Shown here piece after piece: positions 20,629 through 31,754 of a stretch of 64,000 nucleotides of DNA. Under the pieces are notes generated by a model. The model was not told the DNA's origin, made no database searches, and saw only the letters and a program-made list of their open reading frames with translations. The DNA lies in NCBI GenBank assembly GCA_965228735.1, contig OZ245838.1:4800001-4864000 (forward strand), given 5' to 3'. The position numbers were made by a program, and so were the translations under genes. Origin of the DNA: Planctomycetota bacterium (GTDB lineage Bacteria; Planctomycetota; UBA1135; UBA2386). Within the stretch, counting starts at the first letter, position 1, and each line of letters starts with the position of its first letter.

Positions 20629-21156
20629 ATGAAGGAAGTTGTCGGGCCAGAGCAGTGCGAAGATTTCCAGGATGAGGACGCGTTCTGGCGAGAGACGCTG
20701 CAGGCCCTTCGTGCAGCCGGTCGTGGTCACGATCACGACGACGACGTCCAGGAAACGCTTCTGGGTCTGCTGGGTCTCTCGCTGCACGACCGGGACGAAC
20801 TGCTTCGACTGCGTTGGACGATCTTGCGACGTCGCAAGATCGATCGCTATCGCGCCGCGTCTCGTCGAGCCTGGGAGGCGCTCGGGGCAGTTCCGGCGCC
20901 GGTCGATCGACTCGAGTCGAACGGCCTGGCAGACGCGCTGCTGCGTGAACACGCATTGGTAGGTTTGCTCGGCGAACGGGCGGTCGACCTGTTGATGTTG
21001 ATAGTTCTCGACGGCGCACGTGCGACCCATGCGATCGCGCGCCGTCACGGCGTGGCCCGATCGACAACCCGCGTCCGGCGTGCACGGATCTGTCGAATCC
21101 TGCGCCGATACCTCGCCGAGTTGGAGCGGTTGGGCGTGGATGGCGGACCGGCGTGA
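20629..21156 (+). CDS. Divergent/degenerate ECF sigma-like protein
   Basis: GAGGAG RBS; DDDVQETLL, RRRKIDRYR, C-terminal HTH (THAIARRHGVARSTTRVRRARI). Confidence 0.6.
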   Translation: MKEVVGPEQCEDFQDEDAFWRETLQALRAAGRGHDHDDDVQETLLGLLGLSLHDRDELLRLRWTILRRRKIDRYRAASRRAWEALGAVPAPVDRLESNGLADALLREHALVGLLGERAVDLLMLIVLDGARATHAIARRHGVARSTTRVRRARICRILRRYLAELERLGVDGGPA

Positions 21157-21333
21157 AGGTCGCACGCGACCGAGTCGTTCCGGGCTCGCCCAAGTGTCGA
21201 CCGAGAAAGGGCCAACTGCGTTCGGTCGGAGTGTGGGCCGGAACTTGGCGGGGTTCGTACTCCCCTCCAGAACGATGTAAGGGTGGGCGCGTGGATCTTC
21301 TGCGCCGGACCCTCTCGTCAACCCAAGGATCCG

Positions 21334-23838
21334 ATGGCTCTATCCGAAACCGGAGTCTCGTTCCCGCGCGCTGCCGTTCTTGGCGGTCGTCCTAGCGGGC
21401 TCACTCGCAACGACCTGCGGCTGGCTGCGGCGCTGCTCTGCATGGCTACGGTCGCCGCACAAGACGCGCCGCCGACGTGGACGGCAGCCCCGCCTGCGTG
21501 GGTCTCGCCCGCTCGCGCAGCCGCGTTCCACGCCTTCGTGGCGGAGCATGGACCGCATCAGGCGCGTTGGCATCGGGCGACCGGAACGCCGACCGAGGTG
21601 TTCGGTCGGGGGCTGGCGGTGGAGCCAGCGGTCGCGCGTGATCCGGAGGCTGCGCGTAACCACGCGCTCGCGCTGATCACCGAGCACGCCGATTTGCTGG
21701 CGAACGACGGCGATAGCTGGGTGCCGCGGATCACGCGTCGGGTCGGCCCCCTGGTCATCCTGGTGTTCGATCAGTACCGCGCGGGACTGCCGGTTGTCGG
21801 TGGCCGCGCCGACGTGCGCATCCATCTCAGCGGCCGCGTGTCGCTGCTCGGCGCGAAGAGCTTCTCGATCGATGACGAAGAATCGCCTTGGCCGGGCGTC
21901 GCCCCGGGCGATGCGATCCAGGCAGCGTGTGCGGAACTCGACGTGCGCTCGCTGGATCCACGGGTCCTGGCGCTGCAACCGCCGCCCCATCGGTTGGTCT
22001 ACTGGGCCGACGCCAATGCGGCTGCGCCGCAGTCGGCGCGGTTGTGTTGGGAAGTGACCGTCGATGCGGTCCGGGAGAAGCTCGTCGGGCGAGCCTACGT
22101 CGACGCGCGCACGGGTCGCCTGCTTGGATACGAGACCGATATCGGGTTCTGTTCGAGCGGTCATACCCACGTCCGCGGGTTCCACCCGACGGTCGGCAAA
22201 CGACTCGATGCGGTTCCGTCGACGGCGTCGGCGTCCGTGGCGGAGGCCAATTCTCCGATCGTCACCCCGATAACGGGAACGGTGAACGCAGTCATCCCGA
22301 CGGCGCACGAGCCGGGCGATCTCACGAGCGCCACGACACGCGCGAACACGCTGCAAGTCGTGCCGCTGCCCGGAGTGCGGGTCACGGTTCCGAGCACCGC
22401 CGCGTTCGCGTTCACGGATCAGAACGGGGATTTCTCGATCTCGCACCCCGGGACCGCACCGGTGGCCATCGAGGTCCGATTGCTGGATGCAGAGCGTTAC
22501 CGCGCGATCCTCCCGCAGCGCGGATCGACCGTGCAGGCGACCGCAACGGTGACACCCGGCACGCCGGCCACGCTCACGCTCGGGGCCGTAGCGACCATCA
22601 CCGAAGACGACCTGTCCCAGACTACGGCGGCCTACTACTTCGACTCCGTCAGCCGCTACCTGGAGAACATCCTCGGACCGCTGCCGGCGCGGACGTTCAA
22701 CCTGATCGCCGCGGTGAACTCGCCGCAGGTCTGCAATGCGTTCTACACAGCCCACTCGAACGCGATCACGTTTTTTGCGAGTCCGTCGAGCCAGAACATC
22801 ACGCCGAACTCGACGACGGTTCCGTGCAACGCTGATACCTACACGGCCTACTCGAACATCATCCAGCACGAGTACGGGCATATGCTCGACGACGTGTTCG
22901 GAGGGGAGAGCTTCTTCGAGGGACTGTCGGAGGGCTGGGGCGACACGATCGCGATGTATCACGCGGGCACTCAGTTCGTGAACAACCGGTTCTACAACTC
23001 GATGGCGCTGCCCGCACATCAGTGGGCGCGCAGCGGGGCGAATACCCAACAGTGGAACAACTGGGCGGCGGCTGGCCAGTCCGGTTGTGACTATCCGACG
23101 GGCGGGACGCCGACGGCGCTGCAGGTGCACTGCCAAGGCGAGTCGTGGATGGGCTTCGCCTGGAAGGTCCGAGCGAACTTCCTCGCGAGTGTGGGCAGTG
23201 GTCAGCAGAACGCATTCGCTGCGCCGGCGGACGCCATCGCCCATGCGGAGACAATCGTCATTGGATCGATCGCCGCCAACGCAACCGATCAGAATGGCGC
23301 GGCTCTGCAGGTCTACCTGCTGGACGACGACGATGGCGACCTGACGAACGGCTCACCTCACGACCTCTGGATGAACATGGCCGCCACGGCCCACGGGTTG
23401 ACCGTTCCGACCTCGAACAACGGGTTCGCCGGCTTCGCCGTCTATGGTTCCGGCTGCGCGGGGCCGAACGATGTCGAGATCGACGTCGCTGCCCAACCGC
23501 GAATCGGCCGGCAACTGGTGCTGATCGGCCGCAACGCGCCACCGTTCGCGCCCGCATCGGTGCTCTTCGGTTCCTCCAACGGGAGCTTCGGCGGGGTGCC
23601 CTTGCCGATCGACCTCGGCCAGTTCGGGGCCCCGGGCTGTCGCCTGCTCTGCAGCGTCGACGTGATCCTGCCCGGTCAGACGGACCAGGGTGGCATGTCG
23701 CTGGCGGGAGCCTGGATCCCGTTCGATCCGGCCCTCGTAGGAGCCACGTTCTTCTGTCAGTGGCTGGTTGCCGACCCGGTTGCGAACCAGGCCGGTCTCG
23801 TGGTGGGCCAGGCGGCCCGAGGAGTCGTGTCGCTATGA
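21334..23838 (+). CDS. Secreted M4/M36-like zinc metallopeptidase with FTP/PepSY-like propeptide
   Basis: FDQYRAGLPVVG and YVDARTGRLL propeptide; CNAFY; HEYGH...LSEGWGD; shared C-terminal domain. Confidence 0.85.
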   Translation: MALSETGVSFPRAAVLGGRPSGLTRNDLRLAAALLCMATVAAQDAPPTWTAAPPAWVSPARAAAFHAFVAEHGPHQARWHRATGTPTEVFGRGLAVEPAVARDPEAARNHALALITEHADLLANDGDSWVPRITRRVGPLVILVFDQYRAGLPVVGGRADVRIHLSGRVSLLGAKSFSIDDEESPWPGVAPGDAIQAACAELDVRSLDPRVLALQPPPHRLVYWADANAAAPQSARLCWEVTVDAVREKLVGRAYVDARTGRLLGYETDIGFCSSGHTHVRGFHPTVGKRLDAVPSTASASVAEANSPIVTPITGTVNAVIPTAHEPGDLTSATTRANTLQVVPLPGVRVTVPSTAAFAFTDQNGDFSISHPGTAPVAIEVRLLDAERYRAILPQRGSTVQATATVTPGTPATLTLGAVATITEDDLSQTTAAYYFDSVSRYLENILGPLPARTFNLIAAVNSPQVCNAFYTAHSNAITFFASPSSQNITPNSTTVPCNADTYTAYSNIIQHEYGHMLDDVFGGESFFEGLSEGWGDTIAMYHAGTQFVNNRFYNSMALPAHQWARSGANTQQWNNWAAAGQSGCDYPTGGTPTALQVHCQGESWMGFAWKVRANFLASVGSGQQNAFAAPADAIAHAETIVIGSIAANATDQNGAALQVYLLDDDDGDLTNGSPHDLWMNMAATAHGLTVPTSNNGFAGFAVYGSGCAGPNDVEIDVAAQPRIGRQLVLIGRNAPPFAPASVLFGSSNGSFGGVPLPIDLGQFGAPGCRLLCSVDVILPGQTDQGGMSLAGAWIPFDPALVGATFFCQWLVADPVANQAGLVVGQAARGVVSL

Positions 23839-26621
23839 TCCGTTCTCGTTCGTTCTGCGCGCGCCGCCTGGCGTCGGCGTGCATCCCCGTCTTCGCTTCG
23901 CACGCGCTCGCACAGTCAGATTGGTCGGAGCTCTACCCGATGCCGCGGACGGAGTTCGTGATGCAGATGTTCGACGCGACCGAGGCGTCGGGCCTCGAGG
24001 CCCACATCGTGATGTTCGGTGGTTTGACCGATCTCGGGACCGGCCTCAGCATCGGGGCGCCGCTCGGCGACACCTGGATCTGGAGTGGCGGCGAGTGGAT
24101 GCTGCACAAGCAGGAGAACGGCCCGCAGCGGCGCAACGCCGCGGCGATGTCGCGGGGGCCCGCCGAGACGCTCCTGATGTTCGGCGGACTCAACTCCGGT
24201 CAGGTGCTCAATGACACCTGGGTGTGGAATGGCGCGGAGTGGTCGTTTCGCCTGCCCGTGCAGTCACCGTCGCCGCGCGATCTGCATGCCATGGCGTACG
24301 AGCCGGGTCGCGAAGTCGTAGTGCTGTTCGGTGGCACGACCGGGTCCGGAACTCAGCTCGGTGACACGTGGGAATGGGACGGAACGGCATGGTCCCAGAT
24401 CGCGACGCAATGGTCTCCGCCTCCGCGTGAGGGCCACGTGATGATGCACTCCGACTCGGACTCGACGGTCTACCTCCACGGTGGCTGGGTCGGTGCGGGT
24501 TACTCCGCCGACGTCTACCGTTACGATTCGACGGTGCCGCGGTGGTACTACGTCGGGCAGACGTCACGCGCCGTTGGATACCATTACGGCGGCTACGATC
24601 CGGGTACCGACCGCCTCGTGGTCGGCGGTGGGCAGTACTCGGGCGGGAACAACACTCTGGGTTGGTTGATCAACACGACCAACGGCGCCGCTCAGCAGTT
24701 CACCGGGCACGCCATGGCGTCGACGTTGCGAACCCGCTACGGGATGACCGGCGGCAACCTCGACGGCAGTGGCCACAAGTTCTATCTGTTCAAGGGCCGC
24801 GGCACCGGCGACGTCCGATCGACGACCGAGGAGTTTCACTCGACGATGTCGAGTTGGAGCAACAGCGTCCTGCAGCGTTGGAACGGACCCGCCAACGGCC
24901 ATGGTGGCTCGATGGTCTATGACGCGAACCGCAACAAGATGGTCCTCGTCTCCGGAGCGCGCTACCTGGATCCGGCAATCGGCAACGTCACGCATCCGTG
25001 CAACATGCAGGATCCGCCGATCGGCACCCGCGCGAGCAATGGCTGGTGGTCGCAGGGCGGCGGCGTTGCCTGCGGGTCGACCGTCTGGGTCGCGCCGCGG
25101 ACGTTCGACGACTTCGTGGCGGACTACTCCTGGGGGGAGACGTTCGAGTTCGACCCGACCGCGAGCGGAGTTGATCGCGGGTGGGTGCGCTCCGACACGC
25201 CTGGCGATCCGACCGGCGGGGCGATGAACGCCGGTGCCGGATTGACGCTCGCACACCTGGCCACGAACGGCAAGACCTACCGGCTCGGAGGCTACGAGGT
25301 CGGCATCGGCGCGCCGGCCAATCCGGCCTGGGGCTGGCTGCTCACCTGCGTCTTTCAGTACAACTACAATTGCATGCAGGTGCCGGTGACCCGCCATATC
25401 CAGCGCTACCGGTACACCCCGCTCAACACGCTCACCGTCGATGACGACCTCTACGAGTATCTGGGTCCACAGACGACCGGGCCGAGCTGGACCCGAATCG
25501 CGTCGCACCCGGCGGGTGCAATTGCGTTCCACTCGCTCCATGCCGATCCTCAGCAGGGTCGCCTCGTCGTGTTCGGGGGATCCCGGATGCCAGCATCGAG
25601 CTCGACGGCCGACCTCAACGTGTTCGATCCGGGGACGTCCACGTGGACCACGTACTCGCCGCCGGTGACGGTGCCGGTCACGCCATGGCCGACGCCGCGA
25701 TTCGGGCACCGGATGGTCTACGACGAGCGGCGGAACGTCGCGGTGATGTTCGGTGGCTTCGATCTCAGCAGCGCCGCCGGCGCCGTCCGCAGCGATACGT
25801 GGGAGCTGAGCTGGGACCCGATGGCCAGCAGCTGGTCGTGGCAGGAGATCGATTACACGAGCACGCCGGGATTGCGGCCGGGGCCACGGATGCTGCACTC
25901 GATGGTGTACGACCCGGTGCGTCAGCGCGTCGTCGTGACCGGAGGCATTGCCCGCCCGTTCCTCGATACGAACAGCGGTACGTGGCCGTTCCGGACCAAG
26001 CCGACTCTGACCTCGTACCCCCAGGCCTACAGTGACGTATGGGAATGGGATGGTTCGACGTGGGAGTTGCGCGAGCCGGAAACCCTGCGCATCGAGCGAT
26101 TCTGTGCTGCGGCGGCGTGGAATCCCGAGACCGAGGCGACGATGACTTTCGGTGGCCTGACGCACGCCGGCATCCTGCCGAACGTGATCACGACACGCTT
26201 CGAGGCCGTCGACGACTACGGTCCCGAGCCGCTCGCCACGACGACCAAGATCGGCTACAGCTGCCCGACTGTCGGCAACGACATCGTCGCCGTTGCCGGT
26301 CAGCGCCCGTACGTCGGGACGGAGTTCGACATCAGTTGGTCGTTGCCGGATGCGACCATCAACTACCTGCCGGTGGTCTATATCGGTCTGGTGCAGCAGA
26401 CCACGAATCTCGGTTTCGTGGGGCTGCCGTCGTGCAACATGTTCACGGATCTCAACTATCCGGTGACCCTCGCCGTGAATCAGAGTCAATATACGCTGGC
26501 GATTCCCGATGGTCCGTACGGAGGTCTGCCGCTCTATATGCAGGTCGCGTTGTTCGACAGCAGCAACATGCAACTGAAGGACGTGACCGACGCGATCCAG
26601 CTCAACCTCCAGCTGCGTTGA
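23835..26621 (+). CDS. Secreted Kelch-repeat protein
   Basis: ATGA overlap; signal peptide ending ALAQ; repeated (L/M)FGG...DTWxWxG. Confidence 0.85.
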   Translation: MIRSRSFCARRLASACIPVFASHALAQSDWSELYPMPRTEFVMQMFDATEASGLEAHIVMFGGLTDLGTGLSIGAPLGDTWIWSGGEWMLHKQENGPQRRNAAAMSRGPAETLLMFGGLNSGQVLNDTWVWNGAEWSFRLPVQSPSPRDLHAMAYEPGREVVVLFGGTTGSGTQLGDTWEWDGTAWSQIATQWSPPPREGHVMMHSDSDSTVYLHGGWVGAGYSADVYRYDSTVPRWYYVGQTSRAVGYHYGGYDPGTDRLVVGGGQYSGGNNTLGWLINTTNGAAQQFTGHAMASTLRTRYGMTGGNLDGSGHKFYLFKGRGTGDVRSTTEEFHSTMSSWSNSVLQRWNGPANGHGGSMVYDANRNKMVLVSGARYLDPAIGNVTHPCNMQDPPIGTRASNGWWSQGGGVACGSTVWVAPRTFDDFVADYSWGETFEFDPTASGVDRGWVRSDTPGDPTGGAMNAGAGLTLAHLATNGKTYRLGGYEVGIGAPANPAWGWLLTCVFQYNYNCMQVPVTRHIQRYRYTPLNTLTVDDDLYEYLGPQTTGPSWTRIASHPAGAIAFHSLHADPQQGRLVVFGGSRMPASSSTADLNVFDPGTSTWTTYSPPVTVPVTPWPTPRFGHRMVYDERRNVAVMFGGFDLSSAAGAVRSDTWELSWDPMASSWSWQEIDYTSTPGLRPGPRMLHSMVYDPVRQRVVVTGGIARPFLDTNSGTWPFRTKPTLTSYPQAYSDVWEWDGSTWELREPETLRIERFCAAAAWNPETEATMTFGGLTHAGILPNVITTRFEAVDDYGPEPLATTTKIGYSCPTVGNDIVAVAGQRPYVGTEFDISWSLPDATINYLPVVYIGLVQQTTNLGFVGLPSCNMFTDLNYPVTLAVNQSQYTLAIPDGPYGGLPLYMQVALFDSSNMQLKDVTDAIQLNLQLR

Positions 26622-26964
26622 CCCGCCTCCGGGCGCGCGGCTGCGGTCGAACGGCTTGCGCAAGAACGTGAGCGCATCGGCAACACCGGGGTAGTTCGAC
26701 AACCACGCCGACCCGGTGTCGGCACCGGCGGCACTTCGCCGACGTAGATACTGGTGCGAACGTCGCCAGCGGCGGTGGCCGGCATCTGGGCCCTGGCTAT
26801 CGTGCGGGTCGGTATGGCCCGGGGAGAAGGTGGTTCACCGAGTTTTCGCGCTGGTTCGCGCGCATCGGGGAAACCCTGCCGCCGACGCGGGCTATGCGCA
26901 GCCGCGGCGAACTTCTCGACTTCGCGACAACCGTAGACCGCGGACCCAACACGAACTGCATCTC

Positions 26965-29364
26965 ATGACTGCTGCCATCCTCCGCAATTCTGCTCTGGTC
27001 CTCGCCACGCTCACCGTTCTCGGTCGGGTGGCGGTCGGCCAATGCGAGAACGCCTGGACCGCGTTCGCCGAGGCCCGGACGACTTCCGGCCAGATCCTCG
27101 ACATGAAGCTCTGGGATCCGGACGGAGCCGGGCCGTTGCCGGAGGAAGTGGTGATCGGCGGTGCGTTCGGCGCGGCCGGTGGCGAGGTGATCCCATATCT
27201 CGCGGCCTACGATCCCGTGCAGAACACGTGGCGCAGTCTCGGTGGCGGCACGAACGGCACGGTGCGCAGCATCGACGTCCTGCCGAACGGCGACCTCGTG
27301 ATCGGCGGCGACTTCACCGAGGCTGGCGGCGTGCCGGCAGTCGGTGTGGCGGTCTGGGACGGCTCGTCGTGGGCCGGGCTCGGCAACGCGCCGGGCGTGC
27401 TCTCGGTTCTGGCGACCTCGACCGGCGAGATCGTGGTCGGCGGACGGTTCACCGCGATCGACGGGGTCGCGGCGCTCAACGTGGCGCGCTGGGACGGCGC
27501 GGCCTGGCACCCGATGGCAACGGGCCTCGTCGACGTCAGCTGGTTGGGATTCGCCCCCGGAGTCGTCGATCTGGCGGAGCTGGACACGGGTGAGATCGTC
27601 GCGGTTGGCGGCCTCATCGATCGTGTGTCGGTCTGGGACGGGAACGCCTGGACGGCGAACGCACCGACCGTGAGCGCCGTCGTCTGCGTGCTCGCCGAGC
27701 CGGGCGGCAGCTTCATCGTCAGTGGACTGGGCCAGTCCAACCAGCAGATCGCCACCTGGGACGGTTCGAATTGGAGCGCGATGGGGGCAGCCGGCGGCGT
27801 CGTCCGAGATCTGGCACGGCTGCCCAACGGCGACCTGATTGCGGCGTACGATGGCGCCGGCGGCGCCGGCTCGTTCGCCTCCGGAGTGATGCGCTACCGC
27901 AACGGCATCCGCACGATGCTCGGTGGTGCGGGATCGAGCTCGATTTCGGCGGTAGAGGCGTTGCCCGGCTCCGGTGGGGCGCTGCTGGTTGGCGGTCGGG
28001 CCAGCGCGATCGGGCCGGTCGAGGGCCAGAACCTGTTCCACTACGACGGCTCGCAGTTTCTCGGTGCGGCGCCGTGGATCGACGGCGACTACGCGGTCAA
28101 GACGCTGTCCAACGGCGAGGTCTACGCCTTCGGATCGTTCAGCTCGATCGGCGGCGTCCCGTTCCAACGGATTGCGCGCTGGGACGCTGGCTGGCATCCG
28201 GTCGGCGCCGGGGTGCCGGCGAACGTCAACGACCTCGACGGATTTCCGGACGGCACGTTGGTCGCCGCGTGCACCAACCTCGTCTACCAGTTCGATGGCA
28301 CGACCTGGTCGTTCATGAGCCAGTCGCCGATCGGCGGCAAACTCATTCTCGCGCGCCCGACCGGTGAGATCGCGGTCACGGCCGGGTCGTCGGACACGCT
28401 CAACTGGTTCGATGGCTCGACCTGGTCGACGGTCGGCTCGTCGAGCCCGGCTCGATTCATCACGGGCATGGCCCTGCTTCCGGACGGCGACATCGTGCTG
28501 TCCTCGCAGTCCTTGAGCGGTCTGCCGATTTCTTACGGGCGGATCGGCCGGTGGGACGGCGCTTCCACGTGGACGGCACTCGATCCGTCTTGGACGGTCA
28601 CCAACCCGTCCGGGATCACCGCGACGCCTGCGGGCGACATCTGGGTCATTGACTCCGCCAACCCGTTCTTCGGAACCAGCCAGGTGGTTCGGCTCGACGG
28701 TTCGACGTGGACCCAGGCGGGTGTCCTCGACGGCTTCCCGGCGCAACTGATCACCAACTCGGCCAACGATGTGTTCGTCGCGGGCCAGTTCACGCAGAGC
28801 AGCGGGCAGCCCTGTCGTTACCTGGGGCGGTGGGACGGCTCGAACTGGCAGCCGGTTGCCGGCGGCGCACCGGACCGGACATGGCGCGTTGCTCTGACCG
28901 AGAACGGCGACACGCTCACGGTCGGCGGCGGCCTGTTCCTGCACCGGACGGCCTGCCCGGCGAGTGCCCAGCCGGTGGCGGCCGGCTGCGCCGGCTCGCA
29001 TGGGCCGAACGACCTCGAGGCCGAGATCCTGCCGCTCGCGGGTGGTGTCTACGAGGCGCGTGCGACCGGCCTGCCGGCGTCCGCCCTCGTGGTCGATGGC
29101 TATGGCTTCACGCTGGCGTCGACTCCGCTGATCAACCTGACGCCGTTCGCGGCTCCCGGCTGCACGTTGGCGCTCGTGCCCGACGTGATCGTCAGTCGCC
29201 TCGCATCCGGCAGCGCGACCAGCCGGCTCACGATCCCGAGCGATCCGACCTGGATCGGTTCGACGTTCCACCACCAGATGCTCGTCGTCGAGCTCGGCGG
29301 CGCCAGCATCGTCGAAGTGACGGTGACCGATGCGATCGCGGCGACGATCGGTCGCGGCTACTAG
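26965..29364 (+). CDS. Secreted beta-propeller repeat protein (WDGxxW / LPNGDL repeats)
   Basis: Signal peptide ending AVGQ; repeated ARWDG..W and LPNGDLVIGGDFT; shared C-terminal domain. Confidence 0.85.
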   Translation: MTAAILRNSALVLATLTVLGRVAVGQCENAWTAFAEARTTSGQILDMKLWDPDGAGPLPEEVVIGGAFGAAGGEVIPYLAAYDPVQNTWRSLGGGTNGTVRSIDVLPNGDLVIGGDFTEAGGVPAVGVAVWDGSSWAGLGNAPGVLSVLATSTGEIVVGGRFTAIDGVAALNVARWDGAAWHPMATGLVDVSWLGFAPGVVDLAELDTGEIVAVGGLIDRVSVWDGNAWTANAPTVSAVVCVLAEPGGSFIVSGLGQSNQQIATWDGSNWSAMGAAGGVVRDLARLPNGDLIAAYDGAGGAGSFASGVMRYRNGIRTMLGGAGSSSISAVEALPGSGGALLVGGRASAIGPVEGQNLFHYDGSQFLGAAPWIDGDYAVKTLSNGEVYAFGSFSSIGGVPFQRIARWDAGWHPVGAGVPANVNDLDGFPDGTLVAACTNLVYQFDGTTWSFMSQSPIGGKLILARPTGEIAVTAGSSDTLNWFDGSTWSTVGSSSPARFITGMALLPDGDIVLSSQSLSGLPISYGRIGRWDGASTWTALDPSWTVTNPSGITATPAGDIWVIDSANPFFGTSQVVRLDGSTWTQAGVLDGFPAQLITNSANDVFVAGQFTQSSGQPCRYLGRWDGSNWQPVAGGAPDRTWRVALTENGDTLTVGGGLFLHRTACPASAQPVAAGCAGSHGPNDLEAEILPLAGGVYEARATGLPASALVVDGYGFTLASTPLINLTPFAAPGCTLALVPDVIVSRLASGSATSRLTIPSDPTWIGSTFHHQMLVVELGGASIVEVTVTDAIAATIGRGY

Positions 29365-29405
29365 AAGCTCGGCCGGCGGGACCCACCATCCAGCCGGCGG
29401 CGACC

Positions 29406-31652
29406 CTACTGCCCGATCGTATGCAGCTGACGATCCGTCACCGCAAACCCCGGGAAGCTCGGGCACGCCGCGGTGCCGGGATCGTAGGTCGTCCACTGCG
29501 TCTCGAACTGCAGGCCGGCGAGGCCGGGATCACACGGCAGTGAGTACCGGAACATCGCGCTGTTGTTCGCCGCGATCGGGACGACGAGCGCGACCTGCGG
29601 TTGCAGCCACTCGCACGCGCCGCACGTGATGACGCTCGGCGCGATGGCGAAGTTGAACATCGTCAACGCCGCCGTCGCGGGTAACCCGATGACCGAGCTG
29701 TGGAGCTGCGTCATGCCGAGGTTGGGCGGCGTAGAGCTCTGCGTGCCGCCGGCGCCGCAGCCGCCGCCCTGATCGACGATGGTGCCGTTGTTGCCGTAAT
29801 TGCCGAGCCGCTGCGCCCAGACGTCCTGGCTCTCGCCCCAGACCGCGAGCCCTTCGAAGAGCGCCTGGTCGAAGCCCGACATCGTCGTCGCTACGACCAC
29901 GCGGGTGTCGGTCGAGGGCACCTGCGCCGAGAACAGGTCCTGGCAGTTCGAGCACGACGAAGGGTCGATGCCGCGCGCGCGCAGCGCGGTCGAACCGAGG
30001 AAGTTCTCGCGGTAGCCGAGCCACGTCTTGCCGTGCGAGTAGCCGACCGTCGGATGGTCGAGGCGGACCCACGACGTCCCGCCGAGCGTGACCGGCGCGC
30101 CGAACTGCAGCGCGCCGCCAACGAGCTGCGCCGACCGCACGCTGACCGCGTTGTAGGGGGTGCCGAACGCGTTCTGGCGCCACGCCACGACCCATTCGTC
30201 GCCGTAGCCGTCGACGTCCGGGCTCCAGAACTCATCGGTCGTGTTGGTCTCGATCGTCATGCGATTGGTGACCGTGTTGTTGCGCGCCGAGACCAGGGCA
30301 CACGCGATGCCGCGTTGCACGGTGCCGATGCCCCAGAATCGCCGGGCCACGACCATGAGCTTGCGGTCGGACTCCGCCGATCGGGCGATCGCCGGCTGCG
30401 AGTAGCCGACGAACGTCGAATCGTTGAAGACCGCGAATGGCGACGAGACCAGCGCCGTGCCCGACGCGTTCATGCCGATGCGGCGCGCGTAGATCCGGTC
30501 GGCGTTGGTGTCGTCCCAGACGGCGACGAACGCGTAATTCTGCTGGGACTGTCCGGCCTCGGCCCCGATGTCGGCATCGGTGACCGTCCACTGCGGACCG
30601 TTGGCGAGAATCGTCGTCGGCGACAGCGCGGTCGACGACGGCCCACCGTGCACCGTCACCGACCGGAAGTTGACGTGCGACTGGGTGCCGACCCGTTGCA
30701 CCCACACGACACCGAACCGCGAATGCCGTTTGCACGTCGCGACCCGGGGCCGGGAGGATGCGCCGCCCACGGTGAACCAGATCACACCCTGGAACAACGC
30801 GCCGGCGCGGTCGATGAGCTGACCACGAACGCGGATGTCGCTGCTGCTGAACGTCCGCAGGAACGTCACGAGGTAACGGTCCTCGACGCGCTCGAACGAG
30901 CAGTCCGGTTTGGAGTCGGAGTATGTCGGGCCGTTCCAGATCCCGATCGCCGGCCCGATCAGCGGATCGAGCACGAGCGGATACGTGGCACGGTCGACGA
31001 ACGCCGCGGGCAGCGACAGTTCGAGCACGCCGTCTCCGTATCGCAAGCCACCCGCGATCTTGCGACCGAGCGCGTCGATGCCCGTGACGCCGCCGAACGT
31101 GACACCGCCGATGCCAGCGATGCCGAACCGGAGGCTGCCGTCCGTATGCGCGACCGGCTCCGGCAGTCGGGTGTCCAATGCGTAGCGCGCGACCAGGTCA
31201 CCGCGTCCCGGCGGTCGCGTATCGAACTCCCAGGACAGCTCGACGCCGTCGACACCGACCGCATAGCGCTCACGGACACCGGGGCCGTGCGCGAACGTCG
31301 CCGTGCGTTCGCTCTGCTCGGGTCGGCAGTGCGAGGGCAGCGCGACGGCCGGCTCGCCGTCACGCCCGACCGACAGCGGTCGCAGCGCGAGATACTGGGT
31401 CTCCGCGACGGCCGTTCCCAGCGCGGGCTCCAGCCGCATGCCGGATTCGCGAAATCGCACGTCGTAGTAGGCGCCACCGCCATGGAGCACCCCTGGCTCG
31501 AGCTCGAACAGCCCCGAGCTGCGATGCACGGCGACGCGGTCGAGCTGCGGGCCGCTCGGTGGGGCGTCGGCGTCCTGCTGCGAGAGCGCGGGCAGCGCGA
31601 AGGCGCCGGCGGCGAACACGTTCGAGAGCAACGTTCGGTGGAGTTCCATCAT
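29406..31652 (-). CDS. Secreted hypothetical protein (N-terminal YPLVLDP-ending beta domain + propeller-like region)
   Basis: Signal peptide ending ALSQ; VRERYAVGVDGVELSW...ATYPLVLDP; shared C-terminal domain. Confidence 0.8.
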   Translation of the reverse strand: MMELHRTLLSNVFAAGAFALPALSQQDADAPPSGPQLDRVAVHRSSGLFELEPGVLHGGGAYYDVRFRESGMRLEPALGTAVAETQYLALRPLSVGRDGEPAVALPSHCRPEQSERTATFAHGPGVRERYAVGVDGVELSWEFDTRPPGRGDLVARYALDTRLPEPVAHTDGSLRFGIAGIGGVTFGGVTGIDALGRKIAGGLRYGDGVLELSLPAAFVDRATYPLVLDPLIGPAIGIWNGPTYSDSKPDCSFERVEDRYLVTFLRTFSSSDIRVRGQLIDRAGALFQGVIWFTVGGASSRPRVATCKRHSRFGVVWVQRVGTQSHVNFRSVTVHGGPSSTALSPTTILANGPQWTVTDADIGAEAGQSQQNYAFVAVWDDTNADRIYARRIGMNASGTALVSSPFAVFNDSTFVGYSQPAIARSAESDRKLMVVARRFWGIGTVQRGIACALVSARNNTVTNRMTIETNTTDEFWSPDVDGYGDEWVVAWRQNAFGTPYNAVSVRSAQLVGGALQFGAPVTLGGTSWVRLDHPTVGYSHGKTWLGYRENFLGSTALRARGIDPSSCSNCQDLFSAQVPSTDTRVVVATTMSGFDQALFEGLAVWGESQDVWAQRLGNYGNNGTIVDQGGGCGAGGTQSSTPPNLGMTQLHSSVIGLPATAALTMFNFAIAPSVITCGACEWLQPQVALVVPIAANNSAMFRYSLPCDPGLAGLQFETQWTTYDPGTAACPSFPGFAVTDRQLHTIGQ

Positions 31653-31754
31653 GAGACCTCGGGTCGCGACTCCTCCCCGGTGTCCGGGGGGCGACCGGGC
31701 TGACACCCGATCGGCAAAAGCGGGGTCTCTTGCGCGGTGGGCCGAACTGGCGCC

